Shown here: positions 62,166-64,000 of the stretch, piece after piece
Numbering within the stretch: position 1 is the first letter of the stretch
Layout of the letters: every line of letters begins with the position of its first letter
Origin: Hemiscyllium ocellatum
Lineage: Eukaryota
NCBI RefSeq assembly: GCF_020745735.1
Contig: NC_083419.1
Span: 51,308,135 to 51,372,134 of the forward strand
DNA: 64,000 nt
Direction: 5' to 3'
Position numbers and translations under genes: made by a program
The notes under the pieces: generated by a model
The model's database searches: none
Told to the model about the DNA's origin: nothing
Seen by the model: the letters and a program-made list of their open reading frames with translations, nothing else

Positions 62166-63774
62166 ATCCATAAACACAAGTCCCTTCTCTGAGGAGACAG
62201 ATTTTTTTTCCCCTTGGGACCCCAGAGATAAGTCTGTCCAATTTGAACAGCAAGTTGGCCAAGTCATTTAGAAATAAAAAGCAGTGAGAAGAGAGCACCA
62301 TTGCTCTTTATTCAGTATGACAAGACATCTCCCTATTGGTGGGAAAATTGCAGAACATATCAAGATGGCATTTCAGAACTGCCTGCAGATGCAGAACAGT
62401 CATTGCAAGGATTGTAGTGGGGCAAAATATCAAAATAAATCGCAACCTATTTTCGCCCAAGAAAAAGACAGTAATTCTCAGGCACGTTATAGATCATCAG
62501 ATGATTTCTACTACTTAACAGCAAAAAGACCTGTTTTAGACTAGATATGAGAGTCTGTGTATCTATTCCTTCTGATACCATATCCATGGTCTACGGCATC
62601 ACCTTTTACAACCTACCATATAACTTCAACATGCAAGAGGCATTTCAATTGAAGACACAGCTGCAAGCTACACTTTGCTACAATGCACACTGTTTTGTAG
62701 ACATTCTATGTAACTTTTATGCTGCTTTGACTGCAAGCCAGCCTGCACCTCTAAACATGACAGAGCTACTTCATTTTGATGCCATTATGTGTTATTTACT
62801 AAATGGAGAAGCTTGTCTTGTCCTGAATCTTAAAGTTTATTCAGCAGCAACAGATGGCTAAGATCTGCCTTCCTTTGACAATACTCCACCCTTGAGGACT
62901 ACTGGTGAGTTTTCTGGATCTTCCATTCTCTTTTCAGGACACACCGCACGCAAATGTGGAAACAACAGCTGCAAGATGCCATGTTAAATGTGCACTTGCT
63001 CTATGAAGACCCAGCAAGTGACAAACACAATATCACCATCAGATGCTGATGATTTGATATTTTGCATTTAGCCATGACTTTCTAGTACAGCAGAGACATC
63101 AACATCCCTCATACAGTCTCTCTGGTCTCTTTTGACCAGTATTGAACCTTTGTTAACTATACTAATAGAGCTGTGTCCCTGTCTCAGTCACACAGAACAC
63201 TCCATTGTTAAAGAACTGACATAAGCAACATCCTGTTCCTTTTGTGTCAACAAAATTATGTTTTGATGTCTTCCCTACAGCTAATGGGGAAAAAACCCTT
63301 CTTGACAATGAAGAGATACTCACAATTTATGTCCTTTTCACCACTCTTGTCTTCCTGGTCTGTGTACGTAACAGAGTCTTCTAAGTCTCCCAGGTTAAGT
63401 ACAACACAGAATATCAAATAACTTTCTAAGGGGATAACACAGAAGTCCTTAATCCTACACATCAGCTAGGGAACAGAGTACTTAAGTAACAGTTCATCAA
63501 ACAAGTAATTCTTTTAGCTTGAAACATTCTTCTAGTTTGAGAAGGTCAAAAGATCAGTCTTTGTGCTGAGGAGATGTTGCTTTGTTTGGTCAAGACTTGG
63601 GGATTCTTTGATCAGTTGCCCAAGATTCTCCATTCTAATTTTCTGAGATCTGCTTTGACTGCAAGCCAGCCTGCACCTCTAAACATGTCAGAGCCACTTC
63701 ATTTTGATGTCATTATCCTCAGTACTTCTACTTCACTCCACAACTTCAGCTACTGTAGAAATGTCCTTTGTCAA

Positions 63775-64000
63775 GGGGCAGCACAGTGGCTCAGTGGTTA
63801 GCACTGCTGCCTCACAGCACCAGGAACCCGGGTTCGATTCCAGCCTCGGGCTACTGTTGTGTGGAGTTTGCACATTCTCCAGGTGTCTGCGAAAGATGTG
63901 CAGGTTAGGTGAATTGGCTAAATTGTCCATAGTATTCAGGGATGGGTACTACTACCCATAGTATTCAGGGATGTGTAGGTTAAGTGCATCAGTCAGGGGT
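63775..64000 (+). mobile_element. HE1-like V-SINE with internal deletion, runs off the window
   Basis: GGGGCAGCACAGTGGCTCAGTGG...GGGTTCGATTCC head plus partial V domain. Confidence 0.85.

Noticed and set aside
54000-64000. Expected 3' exons of a neighbouring PARVB (tandem with PARVG in mammals)
   Set aside because: I found no parvin-like exon here. ORFs 55412..55870 and 62547..62861 have no recognisable homology.

Overview
Eukaryotic, repeat-rich vertebrate DNA, almost certainly from a shark (HE1/V-type SINEs, CR1/HER1-like LINEs, a Deu-domain SINE, Penelope-like elements). The only host gene I can support is a complete gamma-parvin (PARVG) on the minus strand. It has 12 coding exons from 48888 down to 14645 (969 nt, 322 aa, all GT-AG and phase-consistent), plus a probable 5'UTR exon and a PU.1/RUNX-type promoter near 53.4-53.9 kb. 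The rest is mostly transposon-derived. Four things stand out. (1) A 1.7-kb, TSD-flanked, polyadenylated L1-type element with an intact ORF1 and no ORF2 (half-L1 architecture) at 10098-11805. (2) About ten short TSD-flanked Penelope-derived inserts from several sequence families that share a minimal hammerhead-ribozyme core with covarying stems; one shows a tail-to-head junction suggesting a tandem or circular ~135-nt monomer. (3) A 21 x 19-bp minisatellite built from a PARVG splice donor, giving five extra identical donors, two of them in frame. (4) A 3.0-kb Tigger/pogo-like non-autonomous element filled with a G-rich satellite. All coordinates were read by eye; family names come from recalled motifs, not database searches.
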